Below the pieces are notes generated by a model. It ran no database searches and was not told the DNA's origin. It saw only the letters and a list, made by a program, of their open reading frames with translations. Position numbers and translations under genes: made by a program. A stretch of DNA of 64,000 bases from Clostridia bacterium (GTDB lineage: Bacteria; Bacillota; Clostridia; Oscillospirales; CAG-272): assembly GCA_017408585.1 (NCBI GenBank), contig JAFQUJ010000004.1:12662-76661 (forward strand), written 5' to 3'. Shown here piece after piece: positions 1 to 9,785 of this stretch; position 1 is the stretch's first letter, and every line of letters begins with the position of its first letter.

Positions 1-429
1 CAGTATTCTCATAGAGCCTATAACTCCAAATTGACAGGTATTCGCTAAAAAGCTGAAGGTTGCAGGCTTTGTCGCATCTAATATCGAATTATAGCCCATC
101 TGCTTTAATAGGGTAATAGCTCTGCCCTTAATGTCGATAAAATAAGCCTCGTCGCGATTTCTTGTAATGCCATTCAATCTCTTGAAGTCATTTAACCTCT
201 TTTGAAGATTGTAGTCGCTTTCGCTTGATACCGATATAACGCCATCGCTCTGACACAAATCAAAAAGCTCTGAGCGTCTTTTATCGTCTATTAAATATAT
301 TCTTGATAGCTCGCAAAAAAGCTTGCTTCTTTCCTCTTTTGATATGAAATCAGCTATAAGTAGCTCAAATTCAAAATATGAGGTTAGAAAACGCTCCTCG
401 AGGATTGTTAGCTTTGTTGATAATGTCAT
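1..429 (-). CDS. hypothetical protein, N-terminal part (gene runs off the window start)
   Basis: Absent from the ORF track because no stop lies inside the window. The minus-strand frame is open from ATG 429-427 (MTLSTKLTILEERFLTSYFEFELL...) to base 1. GAGG-type RBS about 8 nt upstream. No family recognised. Confidence 0.45.
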   Translation of the reverse strand, partial: MTLSTKLTILEERFLTSYFEFELLIADFISKEERSKLFCELSRIYLIDDKRRSELFDLCQSDGVISVSSESDYNLQKRLNDFKRLNGITRNRDEAYFIDIKGRAITLLKQMGYNSILDATKPATFSFLANTCQFGVIGSMRIL

Positions 430-476
430 TTTAATTACCTCTTTTCCTTATTGTTTTTATTCTACTTCATTTCTTG

Positions 477-899
477 CTATTTTTCAAGCATTTCCTTGTA
501 TTCGCTTACAATTTCGTTAATTGTCGCTAAGCGCTTTGATTTATCAAGCTCGGTGCTCGTCGATTTCTTGATTGATGCCGAGAGCATTTGATAATACACC
601 AAAAAGATTTGGAGCTTGATTTTTTCGTCTGTTTCGCTTGCGAGAAGGTGTACATCCTTTTCAAGCTCAATCAGCTTGAAAACTACTGCCTCGCCAATTC
701 CTACGCCTATGTCAGTTAGTGGCTTTAATATGCAATATATCGTTTCGTCAACGGGAATAGTCGCTATTTGCCTGAAAATGTGGTTCTCGCCCTTGTGGTC
801 GGTTAGCTCTATTATGTCCTTATTCTTTTCATCAAGTAGTATTTTTTGTAGGCTTACGCCTATGTCGGAGCGTAGCTCCATTGGGTTAAGTTCAGTCAT
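477..899 (-). CDS. DUF1292 family protein
   Basis: 140 aa acidic protein. The pattern ...GENHIFRQIATIPVDETIYCILKPL...VVFKLIELE is typical of DUF1292 small proteins of Firmicutes. Confidence 0.65.
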   Translation of the reverse strand: MTELNPMELRSDIGVSLQKILLDEKNKDIIELTDHKGENHIFRQIATIPVDETIYCILKPLTDIGVGIGEAVVFKLIELEKDVHLLASETDEKIKLQIFLVYYQMLSASIKKSTSTELDKSKRLATINEIVSEYKEMLEK

Positions 900-1035
900 T
901 TTTTGATAATTACCTCTTTTCTTTTTTGGCTTTTCGCCTTGTGTGCTAATTATACATCATTTTCTCGTCGCTTTTGTCCTCGCTTTTGTGACATATAAAA
1001 AATAGCTATTTTTCAACATAAATAGTGGAAAACTC

Positions 1036-1064
1036 TTGACACTTATTAATAAATATTATATAAT
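1036..1064 (+). promoter_or_regulatory. sigma-A-type promoter far upstream of dnaA
   Basis: TTGACA 1036-1041, 17-nt spacer, TATAAT 1059-1064. A DnaA-box-like AGTGGAAAA lies at 1024-1032 just upstream. Confidence 0.7.
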
Positions 1065-1112
1065 AATACTAGATTAGTGTTTTTACACGCACACGCGCGA
1101 CCGAGGAGCCTT

Positions 1113-1345
1113 TACTTTTTCTTTAGCACAAAGAAAAAGTAAAACAAAAAGAAAGCATATAGGAAATATATAGAAAAAATAAAGTTTTATTCATTCACTT
1201 TTTAGCACAAGGAAAAAGCAAAACAAAAAGAAAGCATATAGGGAATATACAAAGAAAAATAGAGCTTTCTTCATTCACTTTTTAGCACAAGGAAAAAGTA
1301 AAACAAAAAGAAAGCATAAGGGAATATATAGAAAATATTTTAATT
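1113..1345. repeat. three tandem 80-83 nt repeats between the distal promoter and dnaA
   Basis: Units start near 1113, 1196 and 1276 (cactttttagcacaaggaaaaag(c/t)aaaacaaaaagaaagcata…ggaatata…). Confidence 0.85.
1115..1155 (-). repeat. Y-Y-R triad element in reverse orientation (Y-R-R on the plus strand)
   Basis: CTTTTTCTTT-agcac-AAAGAAAAAG-taaaac-AAAAAGAAAG. First unit of a 3 x 80-83 nt tandem repeat (1113-1345) whose other two units carry degenerate copies. Confidence 0.8.
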
Positions 1346-1366
1346 AACCCTTATTTCATAGTATAG

Positions 1367-1407
1367 TTTCTTTTTTGGTAGCTTTTTTCTTTTCTTAAAG
1401 AAAAAAG
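1367..1407 (+). repeat. Y-Y-R triad element (forward), 27 nt upstream of the dnaA ATG
   Basis: TTTCTTTTTT-ggtag-CTTTTTTCTTTT-ctt-AAAGAAAAAAG. Segment 2 is the inverted repeat of segment 3 and segment 1 is the mirror repeat of segment 2. Confidence 0.85.
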
Positions 1408-1433
1408 TACAATAATCACAAAGGAGAGAAAGC

Positions 1434-2816
1434 ATGCCTAATTTAACTAACATTTGGATACCGATATCAGAGATATTGAAGTCCCACCATCACGACACAG
1501 CATATAATTTATGGTTCAGCGATATGGAATTAGTATCGCTCACCTCAAAGGAAGCAATGTTCACCACAACTCAAAATGCGAAAAGAGATGTTCTATTAGA
1601 CATTTTTGCGGACGAGCTGGCAGATGCAACATTTCAGGTAGTGGGATTTAGACCCAGAATAATCGTTATTTCGACAGAGAACGAGGAAATAGACCTATCA
1701 GCACCAAAAATCGAAAGATTCGAGGAAATAGAGCGTGGAGAGGCTACAAGCACAGACGACATTGTAATGCCTGAGGATTATCGCAGTGATTACACCTTTG
1801 ACAACTTCGTGGTTGGCGCATCAAACGAGTTCGCATATGCTGCGGCAAGGGCAGTTTCCGAAAAGGACTTTAACGATCCACAAACTCTTCGTACAAACGC
1901 ATACAATCCTCTATTCATATATGGCCCGTCGGGAGTTGGAAAAACGCACCTTCTTTATGCGATAACAAACAAGCTTGCAAAGCGTTATCCAAAAAAGAAG
2001 ATTGTATATATCAAGGGCGAGGAATTCACCAATCAGCTGGTTGACGCAATAAGAAACAAAACAACCGTTGAGTTTAGAGAAAAATTCCGTTCAGTTGATA
2101 TTCTCCTAATCGACGATATTCAGTTCGTTGCAGGACGCGAGGCTACACAGCTCGAGGTTTTCAATACCTTTAATGCAATCTATGAGGAGCGAAAGCAAAT
2201 CATTCTCACCTCTGACCGTCCACCAAACGAGATTAAAACACTTGAGGAGCGTCTGAGAACAAGATTTTTGAGTGGACTTCTAGCCGATGTTTCGTTGCCG
2301 GATTTCGATTTAAGGCTCGCAATCCTTCAACAAAAGGCAAAGCAGAACAACATTTACCTATCAACAGAAATTCTAAGATACATAGCAGAGAATATCACAT
2401 CGTCAATTCGTCAAATTGAGGGCATTATTAAGCGTCTTGGCGCTATCAAGTTCCTTCAAGGCGGAGAGCTGACGCTCGAAAGAGTTAAGGAGTCAATCAA
2501 GGACTATATCGCTGTCAAGGGCGATGACTCCAAAAAATTCGAGGAAATTCTAATCGCTGTTTCAACTAAGTACGGAATTTCTCGCGAGGATATTCTTTCA
2601 AATAAGCGTAACAAGGAAATAGTGATGGCTCGTCATATTTGCGTCTATATCGCAAGAGAAATCACTTCACTCTCCCAAGCTCAAATAGCTAAGATACTTA
2701 ATCGCGATAGGTCAACTCTCGTTTCTAGCGAAAAGGTCGTTAAGGACCGTATGGCTGATGACGCAGACTTCGCATTCGATATTCGTGAGCTAATTCGTTC
2801 CTTAACTCAACAGTAG
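1434..2816 (+). CDS. dnaA: chromosomal replication initiator DnaA
   Basis: 460 aa. Walker A GPSGVGKTHL, Walker B LLIDDIQF, C-terminal DnaA-box-binding HTH (ARHICVYIAREITSLSQAQIAKILNRDRSTL). RBS aaaggagag. Confidence 0.97.
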   Translation: MPNLTNIWIPISEILKSHHHDTAYNLWFSDMELVSLTSKEAMFTTTQNAKRDVLLDIFADELADATFQVVGFRPRIIVISTENEEIDLSAPKIERFEEIERGEATSTDDIVMPEDYRSDYTFDNFVVGASNEFAYAAARAVSEKDFNDPQTLRTNAYNPLFIYGPSGVGKTHLLYAITNKLAKRYPKKKIVYIKGEEFTNQLVDAIRNKTTVEFREKFRSVDILLIDDIQFVAGREATQLEVFNTFNAIYEERKQIILTSDRPPNEIKTLEERLRTRFLSGLLADVSLPDFDLRLAILQQKAKQNNIYLSTEILRYIAENITSSIRQIEGIIKRLGAIKFLQGGELTLERVKESIKDYIAVKGDDSKKFEEILIAVSTKYGISREDILSNKRNKEIVMARHICVYIAREITSLSQAQIAKILNRDRSTLVSSEKVVKDRMADDADFAFDIRELIRSLTQQ

Positions 2817-2826
2817 GGTTTCTTTA

Positions 2827-2867
2827 CTTTTTCTTTAGCACAAAGAAAAAGTAAAACAAAAAGAAAG
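2827..2867 (-). repeat. Y-Y-R triad element in reverse orientation, just downstream of dnaA
   Basis: Same 41-nt sequence as 1115-1155. Confidence 0.8.
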
Positions 2868-2974
2868 CACACGAGGGAAAATAATTTAAAAATATTCCTT
2901 ATTTAGCCTAAAATAATAAAGTAAAGTGAACAATATTGCTTCGTAGGTTTTATTAAATTAAGCCAAATAAACTC

Positions 2975-3062
2975 GGATTATACCTCTGGTGGTGAACTGA
3001 TTAAATCGAAATTTGGCTGTCGAGCCACCTCGACCGGATTATGCCCACGGTGGCGTCCCCGC
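2975..3062. repeat. variant GC-hairpin module
   Basis: …ctggtggtgaactgattaaatcgaaatttggctgtcgagccacctcgaccgg… The hairpin is gtcgag-ccac-ctcgac where the other copies have ctcgac-ccgc-gtcgag (arms swapped, structure kept). Confidence 0.7.
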
Positions 3063-3119
3063 CTCTTTTTTTCTTGTTTTTTTCTTAATAAATATATACT
3101 GCTTAGTAGCAGTATTAGT

Positions 3120-3475
3120 AGGGGCGTTGGAAAAGTAGGAAAACTCCGATAAGACTTGAAAATAAAGGAAATTTGGGCAAGACTTATCAACACAGATATT
3201 GGAAAACCGAGTGGTTAAAATGTTGGAAATTCAAGTGGAAAACGGAGCATAAAAGCCCACAAATAATTCACAGTTGAAAACTTTTCCACGCCACAAGCTG
3301 AAAGCTCGCTTGTCAAAAGGGCTTTAAGCGATTGTGGAAAAGAGTGGAAAACAAGGTTATCAACAGGTTGAAAAGGAAAACTTATCCACTCAATATATGC
3401 TAACGCTTTTGATATACACTTCGTGCACGATATTCCGTTGGGACACAATACACAGATAAAAAATATTTTTATAGA
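3120..3475. promoter_or_regulatory. oriC: DnaA-box cluster plus AT-rich candidate unwinding region in the dnaA-dnaN spacer
   Basis: Near-consensus boxes (TTATCCACA): TTATCAACA 3182-3190 and 3355-3363, TTATCCACT 3380-3388, TTTTCCACG 3280-3288. Complements: TGTGGAAAA 3331-3339, AGTGGAAAA 3231-3239 and 3341-3349, plus several TTGGAAAA variants. AT-rich run cagataaaaaatatttttatag about 3451-3475. Confidence 0.8.
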
Positions 3476-3477
3476 AT

Positions 3478-3514
3478 AGTTTCTTTTGTTTTACTTTTCT
3501 TTTGCTTAAAGAAA
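3478..3514 (+). repeat. Y-Y-R triad element (forward), 33 nt upstream of the dnaN ATG
   Basis: TTTCTTTT-gtttta-CTTTTCTTTT-gctt-AAAGAAAAG. The long run is 4 in all three segments. Confidence 0.85.
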
Positions 3515-3546
3515 AGTAAAAAAATACAATATAAAAGGAGAAAAAA

Positions 3547-4695
3547 ATGGTAGTAATTTTTGACAGAGACACACTAATGAACGCGCTAACACCGGCACTA
3601 TACACGGTAGCGGGAAAGAACACGATGGCGACAATAGAGGGTGTACACCTAGTATGCACCGAGGACGGAAAATGCAAGATAGAAACACAGGATTTAGAGA
3701 AGGGCTTTAGAACCTCAATTATAGCAAATGTAGAGGAGGAGGGCGATGTAGTAATAAACGCCAACAAACTACTCCAAATCATGAAGGTAATGCCTGCAGG
3801 AAATGTCAAGGTAAGCGTTGACAGCAACTTTTCCACCAGAATTGAGTCCGGACTATCGCACTTTGACATTAAGGCGCTCCCTGGCGATCAATTTCCACCA
3901 TTGCCCGAGATTATTGGAGAGAGAGGCTTTTTGATATCGCAGAGTATGTTCCGCCGACTAGTAAACAGAATTTACTTTGCGATAGGACAAAACGACTCAC
4001 GCCCTGTATTCAATGGCGCATATTTCAAGATAACAAACGACCAGCTATTAATAGTAGCGTGTGACGGAAACAGACTGGCATACTGTGAAAAGAATGTACA
4101 GCTAGAAAACAGATGCCATGACGGAATGAGCTTGAATTTAAGATTTATCGTACCCGGAAAGACCTTAAGCGACATACTCAAAATGACGAAGGACACCGAC
4201 GAAACGATGGAGATAAGAATCAGCCGTCGATACATCATCTTCCATTTTGGCGCATATATGTTCTTCTCAAAGACGATAGATGCCGAATACATTGACTATA
4301 ACAGAATTTTGCCAAGCACACATAGAGTAGTAACATACCTTGACGCGCAATCACTCAGAGGCGCGCTTGAGCGTAGCTCACTAATTGTAGAGGACCGCCT
4401 AGCAGGAAGCATAAGAGCATATGTAAAATTCACCGTAGAGGGCAAGGAATTGCTTGTATCTACAACCAGTGCGAACGGAAATGTATTTGATACAATTCCG
4501 ATAACACACGAGGACGACGAGGGAATAGTAATCGGCTTCAACTGTAGATTTATGCTTGACGCACTCAAGGTTTGCGACGATTGCGAGCTAAAAATGTCCT
4601 ATAATAACCCACTCAAGGGAGTACTTATTGAGCCACAGGATTGCGAGGATGCGACATATAAGTACTTCGTTATGCCGATAAGAATGAATAATTAA
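3547..4695 (+). CDS. dnaN: DNA polymerase III beta sliding clamp
   Basis: 382 aa directly downstream of dnaA/oriC. Three-domain clamp-like sequence ending ...YKYFVMPIRMNN. RBS aaaaggagaa. Confidence 0.94.
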   Translation: MVVIFDRDTLMNALTPALYTVAGKNTMATIEGVHLVCTEDGKCKIETQDLEKGFRTSIIANVEEEGDVVINANKLLQIMKVMPAGNVKVSVDSNFSTRIESGLSHFDIKALPGDQFPPLPEIIGERGFLISQSMFRRLVNRIYFAIGQNDSRPVFNGAYFKITNDQLLIVACDGNRLAYCEKNVQLENRCHDGMSLNLRFIVPGKTLSDILKMTKDTDETMEIRISRRYIIFHFGAYMFFSKTIDAEYIDYNRILPSTHRVVTYLDAQSLRGALERSSLIVEDRLAGSIRAYVKFTVEGKELLVSTTSANGNVFDTIPITHEDDEGIVIGFNCRFMLDALKVCDDCELKMSYNNPLKGVLIEPQDCEDATYKYFVMPIRMNN

Positions 4696-4890
4696 CGCTT
4701 TGCGTTAATTATTCATTCTATGAATTGCAACTCAAGGTTGCATGAATAGCACTGCGTGCATGAATAGTTGCTACGCAACATGAATTGCCTGACGGCATTT
4801 AAGTTGTTGTAATTCAATTCATGACGCAAAGCGTCAATTCATGTGCCAAAGGCACAATTCATGACACGGAGAGTCAATTCATTGTAGGAG
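4681..4890. repeat. CATGAAT-linked hairpin array (dnaN 3' end to the four-helix-bundle gene)
   Basis: Starts with an 18-bp perfect inverted repeat at 4681-4719. Then tgcaac/gttgca, gcac/gtgc, gttgc/gcaac and tgcc/ggca hairpins joined by catgaat(t/a)g. Centre tttaagttgttgtaattcaattcatg. Then acgc/gcgt, tgcc/ggca and gac/gtc hairpins joined by caattcatg. Confidence 0.85.
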
Positions 4891-4895
4891 AAAAA

Positions 4896-5249
4896 ATGGG
4901 TAAAAATTTACTTATAGAATTATCAAAGCAATTTGCGATAGATATTATAAATCTATGTAATGAAAAAAAGGATTGTAAAAAAGGAAACTCTTTATTTAAT
5001 CAAATTTTACGAAGTGGAACATCGATTGGTGCAAATATTCATGAAGGAAATTATGGAAGTAGCAGAGCTGATTTTATAAACAAATTTCAAATAGCACTAA
5101 AAGAATGTTATGAAACAATATATTGGCTTGAAATTTTTAAAGAAACAAATCTTATTTCCGTTGACGATTTTGATGTTTTATATAAAAAATGCTGTAAAAT
5201 TAGAACCCTTTTAATTTCTTCATTAAAAACATTAAAGAAAAATAGTTAG
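4896..5249 (+). CDS. four-helix-bundle protein (23S rRNA intervening-sequence protein / Avd-like family)
   Basis: The ORF 4821.. is trimmed to MGKNLL at 4896 (RBS gtaggag); the upstream part is hairpin-repeat sequence. Motifs LRSGTSIGANIHEG and ...ALKECYETIYWLEI match the S23-IVS four-helix-bundle family. Visibly much more AT-rich than the flanking genes. Confidence 0.7.
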   Translation: MGKNLLIELSKQFAIDIINLCNEKKDCKKGNSLFNQILRSGTSIGANIHEGNYGSSRADFINKFQIALKECYETIYWLEIFKETNLISVDDFDVLYKKCCKIRTLLISSLKTLKKNS

Positions 5250-5267
5250 ATTTATTTCATAGTATAG

Positions 5268-5309
5268 TTTCTTTTTTGGTAGCTTTTTTCTTTTGCTTAA
5301 AGAAAAAAG
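5268..5309 (+). repeat. Y-Y-R triad element (forward), 10 nt upstream of the recF ATG
   Basis: TTTCTTTTTT-ggtag-CTTTTTTCTTTT-gctt-AAAGAAAAAAG. Part of a roughly 60-nt repeat (tttatttcatagtatag…) shared with the 1350-1410 and 17338-17399 copies. Confidence 0.85.
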
Positions 5310-5318
5310 TACGATAAT

Positions 5319-6410
5319 ATGATTATAAAAAATATAGAATTAACCTGCTTTCGGAGCATAGAGGGGCGGAAGATAGAATTTACGCCGACGGTCAATGTAA
5401 TACATGGCAGAAATGCTCAAGGAAAGACGAACATAATCGAGGCAATATACCTATTTGCGAGGGGGCGAAGCTTTCGTGCGTTTAGGGACAAGGAAATGAT
5501 TATGTTTGACAAGAGCGCGGGCTACGCCTTACTTGAATTTTCAAAGGGTGAGCAGAGCTCGAGGCTAGGAGTACAGCTCAGCCGAAGTGCACCGAAGGCA
5601 TTTTACAAGAATGGCAACAGGGTTGCCAAGACATCTGAGATAATAGGCGAGTTTAGGGCGGTGCTATTTTGCCCATCTCACCTAGGAATAATAAGTGACT
5701 CTCCATCGGTTAGACGAAATTTTCTTGATGTAGCGATAAGCCAGCTAAAGCCCGTGTATATCAAGATGCTATCAAGATATAACGAGGTAGTTTCGGCAAG
5801 AAACGCAATACTCAAAATGGACGAGGCTGAGAGGGCGCAATATCGCGACATGATTGACTTTTATTCAAGCGAGCTAGCGGTATTGTGCGCAGATATAGCC
5901 GATGTACGAAACGAGTATGTCAAGAAGCTAGACTACTGGGTCAAGCAATTTTTCGAGCAAATGACAGATGGCAGAGAAATTCCAAAAATCAGCTATGAAA
6001 CGAACGCATCAAGCGAGGATTTCGAGTCAAGAGAGAGCCTAAAAAACAAGTATGGCAGACTTTTGACGGAAAATTTGGAGCGAGAAATGCGATACGGGGC
6101 GACAATATTTGGAATACACAAGGACGACCTAAAAATCGAGATTAACGGGCGTGAGGCAAGATTTTTCGCATCACAAGGACAGCAACGCTCGCTTGCATTA
6201 GCCATGAAAATGGCGGAGGGCGAGATATCGAGGGAGCACACAGGCGAGTATCCCGTGTTCCTGCTTGACGATGTGCTATCCGAGCTTGACGAGCAAAGGC
6301 GAAGATATGTTTTATCGAACATTAACGACCGACAGGTGATTATCACCTCGTGCGAAACATCGTTCTTTGCAGAGGAAGAAACGAATTTTATTCCAATAAA
6401 CAATGCGTAG
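5319..6410 (+). CDS. recF: DNA replication/repair protein RecF
   Basis: 363 aa. Walker A GRNAQGKTN, ABC signature SQGQQRSLALA, Walker B FLLDDVLSELD. Canonical position after dnaN. Confidence 0.95.
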   Translation: MIIKNIELTCFRSIEGRKIEFTPTVNVIHGRNAQGKTNIIEAIYLFARGRSFRAFRDKEMIMFDKSAGYALLEFSKGEQSSRLGVQLSRSAPKAFYKNGNRVAKTSEIIGEFRAVLFCPSHLGIISDSPSVRRNFLDVAISQLKPVYIKMLSRYNEVVSARNAILKMDEAERAQYRDMIDFYSSELAVLCADIADVRNEYVKKLDYWVKQFFEQMTDGREIPKISYETNASSEDFESRESLKNKYGRLLTENLEREMRYGATIFGIHKDDLKIEINGREARFFASQGQQRSLALAMKMAEGEISREHTGEYPVFLLDDVLSELDEQRRRYVLSNINDRQVIITSCETSFFAEEETNFIPINNA

Positions 6411-6670
6411 AGTGCTACGCAAGTGCGGACCGGGGACGCCCCCGGAGGCGAACTGATTAAATCGAAATTTGGCTCTCGACCCGCGTCGAGTGAGGAATGA
6501 ATTGTGCCTTTGGCACATGAATTGCAACTGCGTTGCATGAATTGAACGCAAGCGTTCATGATTTGCTCCTACGGAGCATTAATGCATACAAGGTGTGCAA
6601 TTCATGACACAGGGTGTCAATTAATGGCGTTAGCCAATTCACGCCCACAGGGCTATTCATTCCAAAGGAT
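6405..6670. repeat. composite repeat: GC-hairpin module plus CATGAAT-linked hairpin array (recF-remB spacer)
   Basis: Stop-spanning hairpin gcgtag-agtg-ctacgc. Module gcggaccggggacgcccccggaggcgaac…aaatcgaaatttggctctcgacccgcgtcgag. Then seven or eight small hairpins with catgaatt / caattcatg linkers. Near-identical copies at 54461-54640, and inverted at 28640-28797 and 25799-25925. Confidence 0.9.
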
Positions 6671-6680
6671 AATATATAAA

Positions 6681-6923
6681 ATGTATATACATATAGGAAG
6701 CAATAAAAGTGTAAGGGCGTGCGATATTGTGGCTGTTTTCGACCTAGATACAGCGACGGTGTCGGTGCATACGAGAAGCTTTTTATCAACAGCTCAAAGA
6801 GAGGGCAGAGTTAAGGCGCTTGGCACAGATTTGCCAAAATCATTCATTATTATGAAGGATAATACAATCTATCTTAGCCCATTTAATACAGCAACAATCT
6901 CAAAGGACATACTTTTTCTTTAA
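6681..6923 (+). CDS. remB: DUF370 / RemB-like small protein
   Basis: The ORF 6558.. is trimmed to MYIHIGSNKSV at 6681; the upstream part is repeat sequence. About 80 aa in the conserved recF-(yaaB/remB)-gyrB position. The last codons and the stop lie inside a triad repeat. Confidence 0.72.
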   Translation: MYIHIGSNKSVRACDIVAVFDLDTATVSVHTRSFLSTAQREGRVKALGTDLPKSFIIMKDNTIYLSPFNTATISKDILFL

Positions 6924-6950
6924 GCAAAAGAAAAAGTATGCAAAAATAAG
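6912..6950 (-). repeat. Y-Y-R triad element in reverse orientation (degenerate mirror arm) overlapping the remB stop
   Basis: CTTTTTCTTT-aagc-AAAAGAAAAAG-tatgc-AAAAATAAG. Confidence 0.65.
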
Positions 6951-7150
6951 TGACACTCGAAATTTTAATTTCGCTAGTGGAAGTTATCCCCGAGAAAAGC
7001 GAGTGGGGGAAACTATGATAAAAAACCAATATCGTAATAATTGCGTGATTGAAGCAAGCAAAAGAAAAGTATGCAAAAATAAGTGACACTCGAAATTTTA
7101 ATTTCGCTAGTGGAAGTTATCCCCGAGAGAAACGAGTGGGGGAAACTATA
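6936..7150. repeat. two copies of an ~82-nt repeat spaced 133 nt apart, in the remB-gyrB spacer
   Basis: gtatgcaaaaataagtgacactcgaaattttaatttcgctagtggaagttatccccgaga(a/g)aa(g/a)cgagtgggggaaacta at 6936-7017 and 7069-7150. Contains the bulged hairpin cact-cgaaat-ttta-atttcg-(ct)-agtg. A partial third copy lies at 7424-7460. Confidence 0.85.
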
Positions 7151-7250
7151 TATAACTAAAATGTGATAAAAATGCGACAAGGCTCTCGTGCCTTGCAAAG
7201 TAGTCCGTTTTGTCCGTTTTGGTGTGATAAAATAACTAACAGAGCGATAG

Positions 7251-7372
7251 TTAAATGCGGACCGGGGACGCCCCCGGAGGCGAACTAATTAAATCGAAAT
7301 TTGGCTCTCGACCCGCGTCGAGTGCTCCTGCGGAGCGTTTGGACACCCACGGAGGCGAACCAATTAAATGGT
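7251..7372. repeat. GC-hairpin module (one full copy plus one partial)
   Basis: aaatgcggaccggggacgcccccggaggcgaactaattaaatcgaaatttggctctcgacccgcgtcgagtg, then …cccacggaggcgaaccaattaaatgg. Confidence 0.85.
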
Positions 7373-7385
7373 TTTCATAGTAAGA

Positions 7386-7411
7386 TTTCTTTTTTGGTAG
7401 CTTTTTTCTTT
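7386..7411 (+). repeat. truncated Y-Y-R triad element (purine arm missing) upstream of gyrB
   Basis: TTTCTTTTTT-ggtag-CTTTTTTCTTT followed by unrelated sequence. Confidence 0.7.
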
Positions 7412-7450
7412 GGAGAAATGCTTTCACACTCGAAATTTTAATTTCGTTAG

Positions 7451-9712
<2,262 letters not shown>

Positions 9713-9721
9713 TATATATAC

Positions 9722-9760
9722 TTTCTTTTTGATTTGCTTTTTCTTTTGTTAAAGAAAAAG
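9722..9760 (+). repeat. Y-Y-R triad element (forward), 26 nt upstream of the gyrA ATG
   Basis: TTTCTTTTT-gatttg-CTTTTTCTTTT-gtt-AAAGAAAAAG. The long run is 5 in all three segments. Confidence 0.85.
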
Positions 9761-9785
9761 TAAAAATAATTAGGAGAAACAAAAA

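Noticed and set aside
2978-3869. Minus-strand ORFs 2978..3193, 3215..3448 and 3390..3869 in and next to the dnaA-dnaN spacer.
   Set aside because: They overlap the DnaA-box cluster and repeats or run antisense to dnaN. They are low-complexity with no RBS.
4896-5249. A diversity-generating retroelement (because of the Avd-like four-helix-bundle protein), or an rRNA intervening sequence.
   Set aside because: No reverse transcriptase, no template/variable repeat pair and no rRNA gene anywhere in the window.
5993-6559. ORFs sharing the peptide MNACVQFMQRSCNSCAKGTIHSS… (5993..6559-, 54406..54606-, 25799..26020+, 28726..28926+) look like a conserved small-protein family.
   Set aside because: The shared peptide is just the translation of the dispersed hairpin-array repeat. 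There is no RBS. The frames run antisense into recF or the radical SAM gene or across non-coding spacers, and the nucleotide palindromes explain the conservation.
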